A stretch of DNA of 63,390 nucleotides, filler included, from Octopus bimaculoides (GCF_001194135.2; 7 parts of 6 records of this genome joined end to end with filler, not necessarily neighbours in it), one strand, 5' to 3'. Shown: positions 49,759 to 63,390, counted from the whole stretch's first letter. Translations and numbers: made by a program. Notes: generated from the letters alone by a model not told the origin.

Positions 49759-50425
49759 TTTGTTGTGGTCGTCGTCGTCATAATCATCATCGTTGTCATC
49801 ATCATCGTCATTAGCACCATGATCATTATCATCACTATGTTTTCTTATTGTTGCTGTTGATATGACTGTAGTCGCTATTTCTGCTGTTGTTGAGTCTATT
49901 TTCTTTGTAAGTCTTTTTCGATGCATTTATTTTATTCATCATATTTTCTTACTTTCTACATCATTTTCTCCTTCAAAGACTATGTTAACTACAAACACTA
50001 CAATAGACAGATATAAAAATCACTCCACCATCGCAGTCAACATCACAATCACCTCCACTTCCACCTCCTCTAGTACGACAAACAACAGCAACAACAACAA
50101 CATGAATAATGAAAGAATTACAAAACTAGAACAAAATTACTGTTCGCAACAACAGCGACGACAACATGAAGAAGAGAATCAACGGAACAATAATGAGACC
50201 AAGAAGAAAAAATACTAACAAGAGGAAAACGAAAACTGTAACAAAGTGAGCAAAAAACTAGATTATGATATATACATGTGTGTGTGGGGTGCGTATGTGT
50301 GTGTGCACGTGTGTGTGTGTATGTATACATATGCACACATGCACACGTACGCAAACACACATATATATATACATATATATACATGAATNNNNNNNNNNAC
50401 ACACGCTACGTAAACATACATCATT

Positions 50426-50504
<79 letters not shown>

Positions 50505-50911
50505 ATATAACTTCAGTGGAAGTACAATTACCCACAATTATCGTCATTATCATCATCCACCTCCTTTTCGTCATCAGTACCACCATTATTTTCCTAGTGA
50601 CGTCATCCCCATCAGCATCATTACAACTGTCCTCAATATGGCGATGAGGATGATGACGAGGAGGACTGTTGTAGTTTTGCTCATAGTTCTGGTAGCAACA
50701 GTAATAGTACTAGCAGCACCAGTAACAGCAGCAGCAGCAGCGACGACAACAATAGCCGCTGATATGGCGAATATGAGCAACGAAAGAGAAAACTATCAGC
50801 AACAAACCTGGTGGAAGAGGTAAATGTTTAAGACGATAACAATGATGGTGATCATCATCATCATTACATTGATGATTCCGATGACGGTTACGCTGTAGCT
50901 GCTGCTGCTGC

Positions 50912-50943
<32 letters not shown>

Positions 50944-51028
50944 TGAACTTCTAACTTGTTGTCTCTTGAGGTCTCTGGGTGAGACTTGGATCCAACTTGT
51001 ACAAATGCAAAACAAAAGTCAAACATAA

Positions 51029-51103
<75 letters not shown>
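49652..51103. repeat. Compound trinucleotide/dinucleotide low-complexity region
   Basis: Runs of CAT, CCT, AAC, CAG, AAT, AT and GT; these explain the homopolymeric ORFs. Confidence 0.9.
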
Positions 51104-51664
51104 NNNNNNNNNNNNNNNNNNNNNNNNNNNNNNNNNNNNNNNNNNNNNNNNNNNNNNNNNNNNNNNNNNNNNNNNNNNNNNNNNNNNNNNNNNNNNNNNN
51201 NNNNNNNNNNNNNNNNNNNNNNNNNNNNNNNNNNNNNNNNNNNNNNNNNNNNNNNNNNNNNNNNNNNNNNNNNNNNNNNNNNNNNNNNNNNNNNNNNNNN
51301 NNNNNNNNNNNNNNNNNNNNNNNNNNNNNNNNNNNNNNNNNNNNNNNNNNNNNNNNNNNNNNNNNNNNNNNNNNNNNNNNNNNNNNNNNNNNNNNNNNNN
51401 NNNNNNNNNNNNNNNNNNNNNNNNNNNNNNNNNNNNNNNNNNNNNNNNNNNNNNNNNNNNNNNNNNNNNNNNNNNNNNNNNNNNNNNNNNNNNNNNNNNN
51501 NNNNNNNNNNNNNNNNNNNNNNNNNNNNNNNNNNNNNNNNNNNNNNNNNNNNNNNNNNNNNNNNNNNNNNNNNNNNNNNNNNNNNNNNNNNNNNNNTATA
51601 TATATGTGTGTGTGTGTGTGTGCGTGTTTGTGTGTGTGTGTGTGTGTATGTGTGTGTGTGTGTA

Positions 51665-51695
<31 letters not shown>

Positions 51696-52165
51696 AAATA
51701 GATTATACGTGAAGTGTATATGGAAAACATTGTGGCGAAAGAGAACTAGTTAATTTTTTTTTCCAATACTTAAATTAAGACCGGTTAAGAGTGTCTAAAA
51801 ATTAATAAATCCATAAAGTTCAATGTAATTTTAAAAATATATAAATAATATATAATACAATCAAATGAAAATTACTTTCTACGGCCGTTTCCGGGGATCT
51901 TTTATTGCTAGAAAAATTCAGATAAATTTTGCAATCCGCCCGGACAATGTCCCCTTCATCAGGAACGGCATCCTCATATATCTATATATAATCCAAGGAT
52001 CGAGGTGTTGGAAGAAAGTTAGCTTCAAGCAATCCGTTGTAACTAGAAAAGTAACTTTCAGGGACAATAATGGTTTATTAAGACGGAAGGTTCGTTCGTA
52101 TTGTTCGTGTTTCTTGTGCTTCACACAAACTTTCATGAGGAACAGTTTCGAAACACACACACACA

Positions 52166-52217
<52 letters not shown>

Positions 52218-52218
52218 G

Positions 52219-52258
<40 letters not shown>

Positions 52259-53193
52259 NNNNNNNNNNNNNNNNNNNNNNNNNNNNNNNNNNNNNNNNNN
52301 NNNNNNNNNNNNNNNNNNNNNNNNNNNNNNNNNNNNNNNNNNNNNNNNNNNNNNNNNNNNNNNNNNNNNNNNNNNNNNNNNNNNNNNNNNNNNNNNNNNN
52401 NNNNNNNNNNNNNNNNNNNNNNNNNNNNNNNNNNNNNNNNNNATATATATATATATATATATAGCGATAGTTATGACGTCAATCGATTCGTGACAGTTAG
52501 TAATTGAGGAAAACGAGGTAAAATTGTAAGAAAGAGAATATAATGGAAAGGTGAGATAAAATAGAAAGGCATAAATCAGTACAAAGTGATATTGAGCATG
52601 TGAAAACTGGAAGAGAGTGAGGAATATGAAGAGAAATAAAACAGAGTGTCAAAATGGAGAGAATAGCGGAGGAACGTTACATAAAAGCTAGAAGCCAAAT
52701 AGGTAAAACACATTCACTTTTAAAATTATATTTAATCTCATGGTCGGCTTCTGCTCCGGTAACTTTATACAGCCTCCTAGATTAATGGGATTAATGCAAG
52801 TATCTTAAAACCTGAAACGTGGTCCGAACGTTTGCAACCGAATGGGTTCTGCTAAAAGCCATGCAATATGCCAGATGATGACGTTAAACTGGGCGACGGG
52901 ATAAGTCTACTGCTGCAGACGGCAATTGCTGTAATCCGAAATGTGAATACAAAGAGCCAGACAATATACCGCAAAGGAACCATTTTCAAAATCCTCTTTC
53001 TTCTCCTCTTTTCTTTTTCTACCCCACCTCCCCTCCTCCTACTTATCCTTTTCATTCTCCTCCTCATTCTCATCATCATCATCATCATCATCATCATCGT
53101 CACGAAGTCTTCTTCTGTTTCGTATTAGTATTAGTATTAGTATTACTAGTGCATTTAGCAGTATTAGTATTAGTAGCAACAGAAACAGCAGAA

Positions 53194-53309
53194 TTCTTCT
53201 TCTTCTTCTTCTTCTTCTTCTTCTTCTTCTTCTTCTTCTTCTTCTTCTTCTTCTTCTTTTTCTTCTTCTTCTTCTTCTTCTTCTTCTTCTTCTTCTTCTT
53301 CTTCTTCTT

Positions 53310-53339
<30 letters not shown>
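53194..53339. repeat. Long (TTC)n/(GAA)n tract within a compound repeat region (52990-53640)
   Basis: About 48 TTC units with one interruption near 53258. Confidence 0.97.
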
Positions 53340-53342
<3 letters not shown>

Positions 53343-53944
53343 ATTATTATTATTACTATTATTATTTTTATTATTATTAGTAGTAGTAGTAATTGCAGCA
53401 GCAGATGAAGTAGTTGTAAAATGTCTCTTCATCATGTTGACAATGAAAGTGAGTGATAAGATTCATGATAACAGAGATGAAAATGCAGGTGATCAGGAAG
53501 ATCATAAAGACGATGATGGTGGTGGTGTTGGTGATGATGATGACGATGATGATGGTGATTGATTTTAATCATGATGATGACCATGATCATGATCATGTGA
53601 TAATAATGTCGATGTTGAGGATATTATTATCTACAGAATCAATGTTAGATGATAATCATATTCTTATAACTAATATCTTAACCACTTAATTATTTCACAG
53701 AATCGTTTGAGCTTCTGCAATATTACTTTTGGCTTTGTGTGATTTGTGAAATTTATACTGGATCTTTACGCTCCGAGTTCAAATTTTTCCAAGGTAAAAT
53801 TTGCTTTCCACTCTTCAGGGGCCGATAAAATCAAGTAATCATGTACAGCAATATCGACTTATCTGCTCTCTTCAAAACTGATCACGTTATGTTTAGATTA
53901 AAATAATTGTCATTATTATTTACTCGTGTGGTAGTAATGTCACA

Positions 53945-54315
53945 AAACCAGCGGTTTTAGGGGAGGAGTAAGCCGATTAGATCAATCTCAGTGCTAAGCT
54001 GGTACCTAATCAAACGACCCCGAAAGGATGAAAGGCAAAGACAACCTCGACGGAATTTGAGCTCAGAACACGACGGGCGAAATGACGCTAAGCATTTTGC
54101 CCGGTGTGCTAAAAATTCTGCCAGCTCGCCGCTTTCTTTCGCCAGAAATATTGATTTCAGATTTTGGCTCAAGACCAGCAAATTCGGTACCTCTCTTATC
54201 GACTCCGAAACAATAAAAGACAAGTCGGCCGCGGTGGAATTTAAATACGAAACGGAAAGACAGACGAAATATAACTAAGCATTTTGCCTGGAGCGGTAAC
54301 AATTCTGCGAGCTCG
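53945..54315 (-). mobile_element. Two tandem SINE family A copies
   Basis: cgaccccgaaaggatgaaaggcaaagacaacctcgacggaatttgagctcagaac...tctgccagctcgccgc, repeated in more degenerate form at 54140-54315. Confidence 0.85.
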
Positions 54316-54901
54316 CGTGATTGTGTATTTGCTTTCATTACTGCCTACGTAGCCACCTCCGTCATCTTCGCCATCGTTTTCATTATTCGCTTCTTCCTCC
54401 GCATTCTCCTCAACTCTTCATCGTTCTCCTCAATATAACAATCTTCATCTTCATTATCACAGTTATCATCCGCCCCCTCATCATCCTAATGGTCATCGTA
54501 AACATGCTTTCTAATAGTAATGTGATTATTATCTGACTATCGTTATGAACGTCACATTAAACTGCATCTACCTAAACTATTACTATTTCTCATACTCTAT
54601 TATTATTATTATTGTTGTCGTTGTTGATGTTATTGTTATTTTTGTTGTTGTTGTTATATATTATTACTTTAATACAAATTCTATCGAAAGCAATAACTTC
54701 GATAACTTTTTGAAAGCTTTTATACAATTCTAATGGAGATTTGTTTTCAAAATGTTCAAGCATAGACCGGACGTAATAATGATAATGATTCGTTTTTAAT
54801 GTCATATTTCCGTGCAAGGGATTCTTACCACAACAATATTATGTCAATAGTATGAAGATAAAGCTAAACACGACAATATATGTTTTCGCTTTTCTTAGTA
54901 C

Positions 54902-54978
<77 letters not shown>

Positions 54979-55107
54979 CTTATATGTGTATAATATATAT
55001 ATATATATATATATACATACACCCGTACATACACACTCACCCACACGTGCAAACATACACATATATGTATACATATGTATGCATGTATATATACATGCAT
55101 ACATAAA

Positions 55108-55139
<32 letters not shown>

Positions 55140-55309
55140 CATACTTGTCTCATTGCTGTGTTGTAACTGACGTAATTACAAACCAAAACTGACAACTCGA
55201 AAGCAAAAAGATTGACTGAAAGAAAAATATCGTCAGAAACACACAAAAGCTTACAGGCATAAACAAGCACTCACAAACACTCAAGCACACACACACACGC
55301 ACACACACG

Positions 55310-55343
<34 letters not shown>

Positions 55344-56386
55344 CTCAAAAAAAGAAGTAAGAAGATAAATATCTTACATAAGTAACAGGACTAAAATTTG
55401 ACATTTCGTCTAATAATTTTGCGTTCGTATACTTCCATAAACTTTAGTAATATATCTGCGATCCACGTTATTTAACTCTTAACAAACCAGCTAGTCTTCC
55501 AACAGCAAACAGTTTATTAATGTTCATGACTGTAAACAAACTGTATAATGTTCAGCGGACAGAAAGTCTCTTTTCTAAGTTATATTAAACACATTGTCGG
55601 TGCTTTACGAAACGATACTTAATACTACCTCATCGCAATTACGTCTCACATGGTGCCTGTTAGCAATTAGACAGAATAAATATTGAGATATTTGTGCAAT
55701 CGTCATCATCAGCAAGACTGCGGTAAGACAGTGAATCAGCGACAAAATGGGAACTACATGGTTCTTTAGTCGTTAGTCTAGCAACATATCGATTGGAAAA
55801 AAGAAAATGTCGTTATTACTTTATCTGATATATTCATTATTATTCACATTTGTTTTTTTTTTTTTTGTAATCACAACACGATTAGGTTTCACATGCTGCT
55901 TCTGACCGCAGCCAAATCTATGTGGAATGGCGCCCCAGGACGTTTAATAAAACGTAAGACGTTAAGTAATGTTAAATTAGATAACGTTATATAAGTGTTC
56001 AATACACGAGAAAAAGATGATATGACCATCGGTGGAATGCTCGATGAGGGATGATATGATATACTAAAAGAATTACAACAGGAACTATGCTGAACACACA
56101 CACACACTCACACACACACACACACNNNNNNNNNNNNNNNNNNNNNNNNNNNNNNNNNNNNNNNNNNNNNNNNNNNNNNNNNNNNNNNNNNNNNNNNNNN
56201 NNNNNNNNNNNNNNNNNNNNNNNNNNNNNNNNNNNNNNNNNNNNNNNNNNNNNNNNNNNNNNNNNNNNNNNNNNNNNNNNNNNNNNNNNNNNNNNNNNNN
56301 NNNNNNNNNNNNNNNNNNNNNNNNNNNNNNNNNNNNNNNNNNNNNNNNNNNNNNNNNNNNNNNNNNNNNNNNNNNNNNNNNNNNNN

Positions 56387-56427
<41 letters not shown>

Positions 56428-56854
56428 TGTATCTATCTAGCTAGCTAGCCAGCCACCCATTTATACATACATGTATGCATGTATATATATTAGATTAAAA
56501 GTAACATGGTATGTAACCACCAATGAAAGCAACGTTTCTGTTATTTGTAATTTTCCCTTAATATTTACGTTATAATAGAACATTGTATCATAGTGTTTGA
56601 AGGATATGCTGTCTTTCCGTGCAAATCTATCGCGAACAAATGGAATAATACACAAAATGTTTAAATATGAATATATTAATAAATTTGATTGATTGGTTCT
56701 CTTTCGACATTCATGGAAAACTTGTACTGATTAAGAAGTTAAAAATCCATATGAAATGTACGTTGAAATTCAATATTTTGTATTTTTTTACTCATGTTAC
56801 GCAAGAGATTTCGCTTCAAAACGCCAGTTGGAACTTAAGTAGTCCGATAGTGAC

Positions 56855-56921
<67 letters not shown>

Positions 56922-57214
56922 GTTAAACACATACACATACCAAAAGCAATTATTGAAAATACAAACAAGAAGCACATATCATACAGACTTATCAACAAGA
57001 AAACGAAGCGACCGGAGAATTTCTCCACCCAAAAAATTGAGATTTGTCTCAAACCGATATGGCCCTTTCAAAGTCATGTTACTTGGGGACGAAAATTTGC
57101 CACGGTCCTAGTANNNNNNNNNNNNNNNNNNNNNNNNNNNNNNNNNNNNNNNNNNNNTTAATTAATTAANNNNNNNNNNNNNNNNNNNNNNNNNNNNNNN
57201 NNNNNNNNNNNNNT

Positions 57215-57360
57215 TCATGATTGTAAGATTGTGGTTTCGATTCCTGGAGCGGGTGACGCATTGTGTTCTTGAGCAAAGCTCTTCATTTTCACGCTGCCTC
57301 AGTCCACTCGGCTGGCAAAAAGGAGTAACCCTGCGACGGACCGGCGTCCTGTTCGAAGTA
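57215..57360 (+). mobile_element. SINE family C fragment
   Basis: gtggtttcgattcctggagcgggtgacgcattgtgttcttgagcaaagc...cagtccactcggctggcaaaa. Confidence 0.8.
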
Positions 57361-57372
57361 GGAGTGAAGATA

Positions 57373-58055
57373 TACAAGGTGGTATCAAAATGTTCCCGGA
57401 CTACTTCTGTAGCGTGACAACAGATGAAGCATGCACTTGCTCGCACAGTGAGAGATAGCAGTGACCTTCATAAGACAGTCCACCGAGTGACATTACTGTT
57501 GTGCAATTTGTGTTTTTATAATCACATGCATGCTGTAGCCCGCGACTTTGCCATTCATCCTTTCGGGGTCGATAAACTGAGTACCAGATGCGTACTAGGG
57601 TCGACCTAATCGACTGGCCTTCTCCACAAAAACTTCGGGTCTTGTGCCTAGAGTAGAAAAGCCTGCGATTTTGTTAAGGACAGGAACAAAGAGATAACGT
57701 GAAATTTTGCATTAATACTTGGGAAGTTTGCTAGAGAGACATTGAGCATGCTATGGCAAGTTTACGGTAACGAGGCAATGGGTCGTATGCAATGTTTCGA
57801 GTGACACGGGCGATTCAAAAGCGGAATACCGTACCTAGTAGACGATCAGCAGTCTGAAAGACTTGCCGAGTGCGTCAACCCCGAACATGTGGTATTGGGC
57901 ATCGAGAATTCGTATCACAGAACCGGACTGTCAATCGAGAATTCTACTGCGGCGTTTTGAAGCGTTTGAAGAACGAGATCTGTGGAGCACTAAGAATTGG
58001 ATTCTTTACGAAGACAATACCCCCAGTCACTGAGCTCTTCTCGTCAGTTTCTCGC
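57373..58055 (+). mobile_element. Internally deleted mariner remnant interrupted by a SINE A copy (about 57540-57660)
   Basis: TA-CAAGGTGGTATCAAAA TIR. Translation NVKFC...ETLSMLWQVYGNEAMGRMQCFE*H.RFKSG, then REFVSQNRTVNREFYCGVLKRL...KNWILY.DN. Confidence 0.85.
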
Positions 58056-59688
58056 CCACCCTTTCTATTCGCCAGTCGATTAGATCGATCCCAGTACGCA
58101 ACTGGTACTTAATTTATCGACCCCCCCCCCNNNNNNNNNNNNNNNNNNNNNNNNNNNNNNNNNNNNNNNNNNNNNNNNNNNNNNNNNNNNNNNNNNNNNN
58201 NNNNNNNNNNNNNNNNNNNNNNNNNNNNNNNNNNNNNNNNNNNNNNNNNNNNNNNNNNNNNNNNNNNNNNNNNNNNNNNNNNNNNNNNNNNNNNNNNNNN
58301 NNNNNNNNNNNNNNNNNNNNNNNNNNNNNNNNNNNNNNNNNNNNNNNNNNNNNNNNNNNNNNNNNNNNNNNNNNNNNNNNNNNNNNNNNNNNNNNNNNNN
58401 NNNNNNNNNNNNNNNNNNNNNNNNNNNNNNNNNNNNNNNNNNNNNNNNNNNNNNNNNNNNNNNNNNNNNNNNNNNNNNNNNNNNNNNNNNNNNNNNNNNN
58501 NNNNNNNNNNNNNNNNNNNNNNNNNNNNNNNNNNNNNNNNNNNNNNNNNNNNNNNNNNNNNNNNNNNNNNNNNNNNNNNNNNNNNNNNNNNNNNNNNNNN
58601 NNNNNNNNNNNNNNNNNNNNNNNNNNNNNNNNNNNNNNNNNNNNNNNNNNNNNNNNNNNNNNNNNNNNNNNNNNNNNNNNNNNNNNNNNNNNNNNNNNNN
58701 NNNNNNNNNNNNNNNNNNNNNNNNNNNNNNNNNATATATATATATATATAATGTGGCAATTCTTCCACAAGTAGGAACGCATTCGATCAGTTAGGAGACT
58801 AAAAATAATCTTATAATAAAATCCCCAAATCTTGAAAACACAGCTACCCAGAATTTCCTAGTTGCATATATAATTTATTCTGCCATTCATCAAGTTGAAG
58901 ACAAGACCGTTTGTCAGTAGACTTTTGAGCAGATAACGTTTAAAGAAGAGAAGCTTGTAAAGACGCCAAGAAGAAAAACACAAGGGAGATAACCAACGTT
59001 ACAATAATTCGATGTCAGGCAAATATAAACAAGATGTTAATGTTTTACAAAGTATCCGGTGGTTTAGTTTTAAATTCCGACAGGATGTATTTCTTGAAAT
59101 GCGAACACAGAGAAAACATCTCGTTCTTGGAATTTATATATTCGTTCGATACCCTCAATTTTTTTTTTAATAGATGCAGTTTACCAAGAGAACACACAGA
59201 ACATCTTTTTTTGACCAGTGCCCCAATATAGCCGTACTCTAATGACTGAAGCAAGTTAAAGATTCTAAAAGCAAGTAAAATGCTCATCCATTGCAAAAGT
59301 CGAAGACTCACACACAAAACCCATACACCCACATTTACGTACCTGTATAGACAAGGGACATCGGTTTTTGTAATCACATCAGGTCAAGCTTTTATGTCAG
59401 CAACAAATAGTTGATAACATTAAGTAAATGAAACGTTTCGATCCCGTTATATATTCATATACATATACACGTATGAAAACATCCATGCGTGTGTGTGTAT
59501 ACATACATGTGCATATATATACACACACACACACACATATATATATATAGACAGAGAGAGAGAAAGAGAGGGGGAGAGAGACAAAGAGATAGAGAAAAAG
59601 CCTTATATACATACACACTCATATATACAAATATATACTTACATATACACACATATACATGTATATACATACATATGCAAACATGCAC

Positions 59689-59738
<50 letters not shown>

Positions 59739-59795
59739 GCATATATGTGTAAATATACATACATATATATATATATTTATATAATCGGAAGACAG

Positions 59796-59832
<37 letters not shown>

Positions 59833-61052
59833 TATAAAGAGATAACGAACGCAAAGATAATTAACATCTTCCCAGAATTCTTTGCTTTTCGTACTCTCTA
59901 TCCTCCCACCGCCACCACAAGCCTTTTCTTTTTTTCGCTCAACGACTAACCAATCAGATTATCGACGATCATCTAGACGGAAAGGATAGGATGGTGGAAG
60001 GGGTGGGTCAGGTGGGTAGAGATGAGAGGTAGATGTCTGTATGCTGTGGTGGTGGTGGTGGTGGTAGTGTGTGTNNNNNNNNNNNNNNNNNNNNNNNNNN
60101 NNNNNNNNNNNNNNNNNNTTAATTAATTAANNNNNNNNNNNNNNNNNNNNNNNNNNNNNNNNNNNNNNNNNNNNGTGGTTTAGTATATAAATATAGGCGA
60201 ATGTACGGATTGGTGCGCTTACGCAAGTACTATGGACATTTTTACTCCCTTACCTTTACTCCCCTCCGCTTACTTAGCGGTCTATAGCTCTTTTGGCTTA
60301 ATAACGGTCAACCACATAGTAATTTCCTTTTGTTTAACGGTCATTTNNNNNNNNNNCGGTCATTTTTCACAGGAATTTTCAATGGCCAGATAACTGAAGA
60401 GATGGCAGCGTGGGCTTCCGCCCCGGCATCCTAAACTCGGAGTTTTATCATAGCTACTGAATAAGTGTCACATATTTTTACACACACACACACACACACA
60501 CANNNNNNNNNNNNNNNNNNNNNNNNNNNNNNNNNNNNNNNNNNNNNNNNNNNNNNNNNNNNNNNNNNNNNNNNNNNNNNNNNNNNNNNNNNNNNNNNNN
60601 NNNNNNNNNNNNNNNNNNNNNNNNNNNNNNNNNNNNNNNNNNNNNNNNNNNNNNNNNNNNNNNNNNNNNNNNNNNNNNNNNNNNNNNNNNNNNNNNNNNN
60701 NNNNNNNNNNNNNNNNNNNNNNNNNNNNNNNNNNNNNNNNNNNNNNNNNNNNNNNNNNNNNNNNNNNNNNNNNNNNNNNNNNNNNNNNNNNNNNNNNNNN
60801 NNNNNNNNNNNNNNNNNNNNNNNNNNNNNNNNNNNNNNNNNNNNNNNNNNNNNNNNNNNNNNNNNNNNNNNNNNNNNNNNNNNNNNNNNNNNNNNNNNNN
60901 NNNNNNNNNNNNNNNNNNNNNNNNNNNNNNNNNNNNNNNNNNNNNNNNNNNNNNNNNNNNNNNNNNNNNNNNNNNNNNNNNNNNNNNNNNNNNNNNNNNN
61001 NNNNNNNNNNNNNNNNNNNNNNNNNNNNTGTGCGTGGGCGTGTTTGTGTGTG

Positions 61053-62028
61053 TAGGAGGGATAACCAAAAGAAACTGGAATTTTGCAATGTTATTTTGTT
61101 CACCTATTCTTATGTTTACACTTTTATCGCCTTTAAAGTATTTTTTCCATTTGAAGCAATGTGTCCTGGAACTCTTGCCACGTGATGCCTTTTAACGCCG
61201 CCGTCATTTTNNNNNNNNNNCTTCGTCTCTTCCACATTTGCAAATTCCGTATCACTAGTGGTGACCTTCGAAAAAAAAGGTTCGGATCAACTTTCAACTG
61301 TTGTTTCAGTTCAGGACACGCATTCAACCGTGATCTTCCGTGAGCAAGCTTTTGATCTTCCGTGAGTTTTTGATCTTCTGTGAGCAAGCGCGGGACAAAT
61401 TTTGCTGCAACTCTTTTCATTTGCAATTCCTCGCTCGAAATTCGGTGCAGGAGCTCCAGGGCTCACCAATCATATTAACAAGTTCGTCAATTGTTTGGCA
61501 ATGGTCCTCCACGATCAGTTCATGAATTTTCATGATGTTTTCATTCGTTCGGGANNNNNNNNNNTTGACGGTCGCAACGAATGAAATTGGTCTTTAATCG
61601 ACCAGTGACTATTCCTAAAGCGTGAAAACCACTCGTAAATTTGTGTTTTGCTCATGGCAGTGTTCTTGGAAGCTCNNNNNNNNNNNNNNNNNNNNNNNNN
61701 NNNNNNNNNNNNNNNNNNNNNNNNNNNNNNNNNNNNNNNNNNNNNNNAACAGAATTTCACGGAAGCACGCTGTTCCTCGCTTCAGCCATCGTAGAAGTCG
61801 ACGAACAAGGGGAGAAGCACTGCAAAACAAAGTCGCACCACGTGGCAGCACGACTTCAGGCGACGACGCCGGAGGGTTGCATCAAGTGGCTTCTCGTGGC
61901 GGAAGCCCGAACTACAACGGACTTGTNNNNNNNNNNTGCATCAAGTGGCTTCTCGTGGCGGAAGCCCGAACTACAACGGACTTGTCTCACAGAGAACGTT
62001 TCCGGATACTTTGGGGTACCCCCTCGTA
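61053..62028 (-). mobile_element. Mariner element with both TIRs, degenerate and gapped
   Basis: TIRs TA-GGAGGGATAACCAAAAGAAACTGGAA (61053) and the reverse complement TA-CGAGGGGGTACCCCAAAGTATCCGGAA (62028). Translation EQRASVKFC, MSKTQIYEWFSRF, MKRVAAKFVPRLLTEDQK. Confidence 0.88.
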
Positions 62029-63260
62029 TACGCACGCACGCACACATTCACATGTATACACACATCTACACACACACACACACACACACNNNNNNNNNNN
62101 NNNNNNNNNNNNNNNNNNNNNNNNNNNNNNNNNNNNNNNNNNNNNNNNNNNNNTATATATATATACATATATAAAATCGCAAGTGTAAGAAAAAGAAAAG
62201 AAAAAGGAGAAATGATGATAGCGATATTTGACAGTGAAAGGAGAGGTGGGGGAAGAAGAAAGTAAAGTAAGAGGCCAAAAAGAAGAAAATAAACGATGTG
62301 GGTTGTGTAGCGAATAAGGTGGGGAGAGAAAATAAGTTGGTAAGCATAGCGAACGTTTTGCAATCATTATGTATCAAAGATAACCTCAAAATTAGAAAGA
62401 ATCAACTGTGCGTGTTATGTAGAAAGTATTAGAGAACAATACATGGGCGCGTATATAGATGAGAGAGAGTGGTGGAAAGAAATATATATATATATNNNNN
62501 NNNNNNNNNNNNNNNNNNNNNNNNNNNNNNNNNNNNNNNNNNNNNNNNNNNNNNNNNNNNNNNNNNNNNNNNNNNNNNNNNNNNNNNNNNNNNNNNNNNN
62601 NNNNNNNNNNNNNNNNNNNNNNNNNNNNNNNNNNNNNNNNNNNNNNNNNNNNNNNNNNNNNNNNNNNNNNNNGCAATAAAAGTGAGGAAATGTAATGACC
62701 AAATTTGCTATCGTCTGTGGTATGTACAGAAACATATTGACGCGCATGCGCACTCGTACAGTGCACTAGTTCGCGTGTCTTGTTTTTAAGAGAGCAGTAA
62801 ATGATTCGAGGCAAATGTGGTAGTTATTTTAAGCCGGACGAGTGACGACATTGAAGATTCTACGTTGTCTCCTACTGAAAGAGGTCAAATGGTTTACAGA
62901 AAAAGTATTGAATTTCTCCTCCNNNNNNNNNNACTGAAAGAGGTCAAATGGTTTACAGAAAAAGTATTGAATTTCTCCTCCCGATTCGTTAGTTTAAACC
63001 TTTTTTCGGATATTTAGTTTTGCCATTTAAAAGGAATGATCATATATAATTCTCTTAATTCAACAAATTCTGGGGAATTGGGGGTATCTACTAGATTTTT
63101 CTGCTGAAGTTGATTGCCATAGATTAGTGCTCTATCTTGGAGGAAATTCAAAGTATCGTTTACTTTAAAATACAGAAGCAGCAAGATAAATACTTACTCT
63201 AGGGATCACCATGAATCATGAACTATTTCACATTATCATCATCATCATCANNNNNNNNNN

Positions 63261-63291
<31 letters not shown>

Positions 63292-63390
63292 GTTAAAAAG
63301 AAAGATAAGAGAAGAGTGTATGTGTATATATATTTTTCATGTTATAAGAATTCGGAAGTTGTTAAGAGAGAGAGAGAGAGAGAGAGAGAG

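Larger units (their letters stand above)
1..63390. repeat. Window-wide microsatellites, (AT)n, (AC)n, (AG)n, (ATCT)n, (ATAC)n, (AAT)n, many abutting assembly gaps
   Basis: Directly visible. Most N gaps start or end in such tracts. Confidence 0.97.

Noticed and set aside
61878-61985. 49-bp direct repeat
   Set aside because: Same 10-N gap overlap artefact.
2679-62814. Numerous ORFs of the [12 protein letters not shown]/poly-I/poly-K/poly-F type or spanning X runs
   Set aside because: They are translations of microsatellites or read-through of N gaps, not genes.
62874-62981. 49-bp direct repeat
   Set aside because: Same 10-N gap overlap artefact.

Overview
AT-rich, gap-ridden eukaryotic draft sequence, dominated by microsatellites and transposon remnants. 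The repeat landscape ((AT)n, (AC)n, (ATCT)n, (AAT)n, abundant tRNA-derived SINEs, TTAGGG) resembles an octopod/coleoid mollusc genome; this is inference from pattern recognition, not a database result. No host protein-coding gene can be confidently called, and most listed ORFs are microsatellite or N-gap artefacts. Supported content: two Penelope-like element (PLE) remnants of Naiad type; RLE-type (R4/Dong/HERO-like) and CR1/Jockey-like LINE fragments; four mariner remnants; many SINEs; and several MITE/foldback structures. Six 44N-TTAATTAATTAA-44N linkers cut the window into pieces whose adjacency is not supported by sequence. Two signals stand out. (1) Three clear and one tentative unrelated families of minimal type-I hammerhead ribozyme motifs are present. 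One sits inside a tRNA-headed SINE-like element that inserts as head-to-head inverted pairs (one pair with a 14-bp TSD), suggesting a PLE-mobilised, Pol III-driven ribozyme SINE. (2) A Merlin-like MITE (37-bp perfect TIRs, 8-bp TSD) has a head-to-head telomeric palindrome (CCCTAA)n/(TTAGGG)n at its centre.
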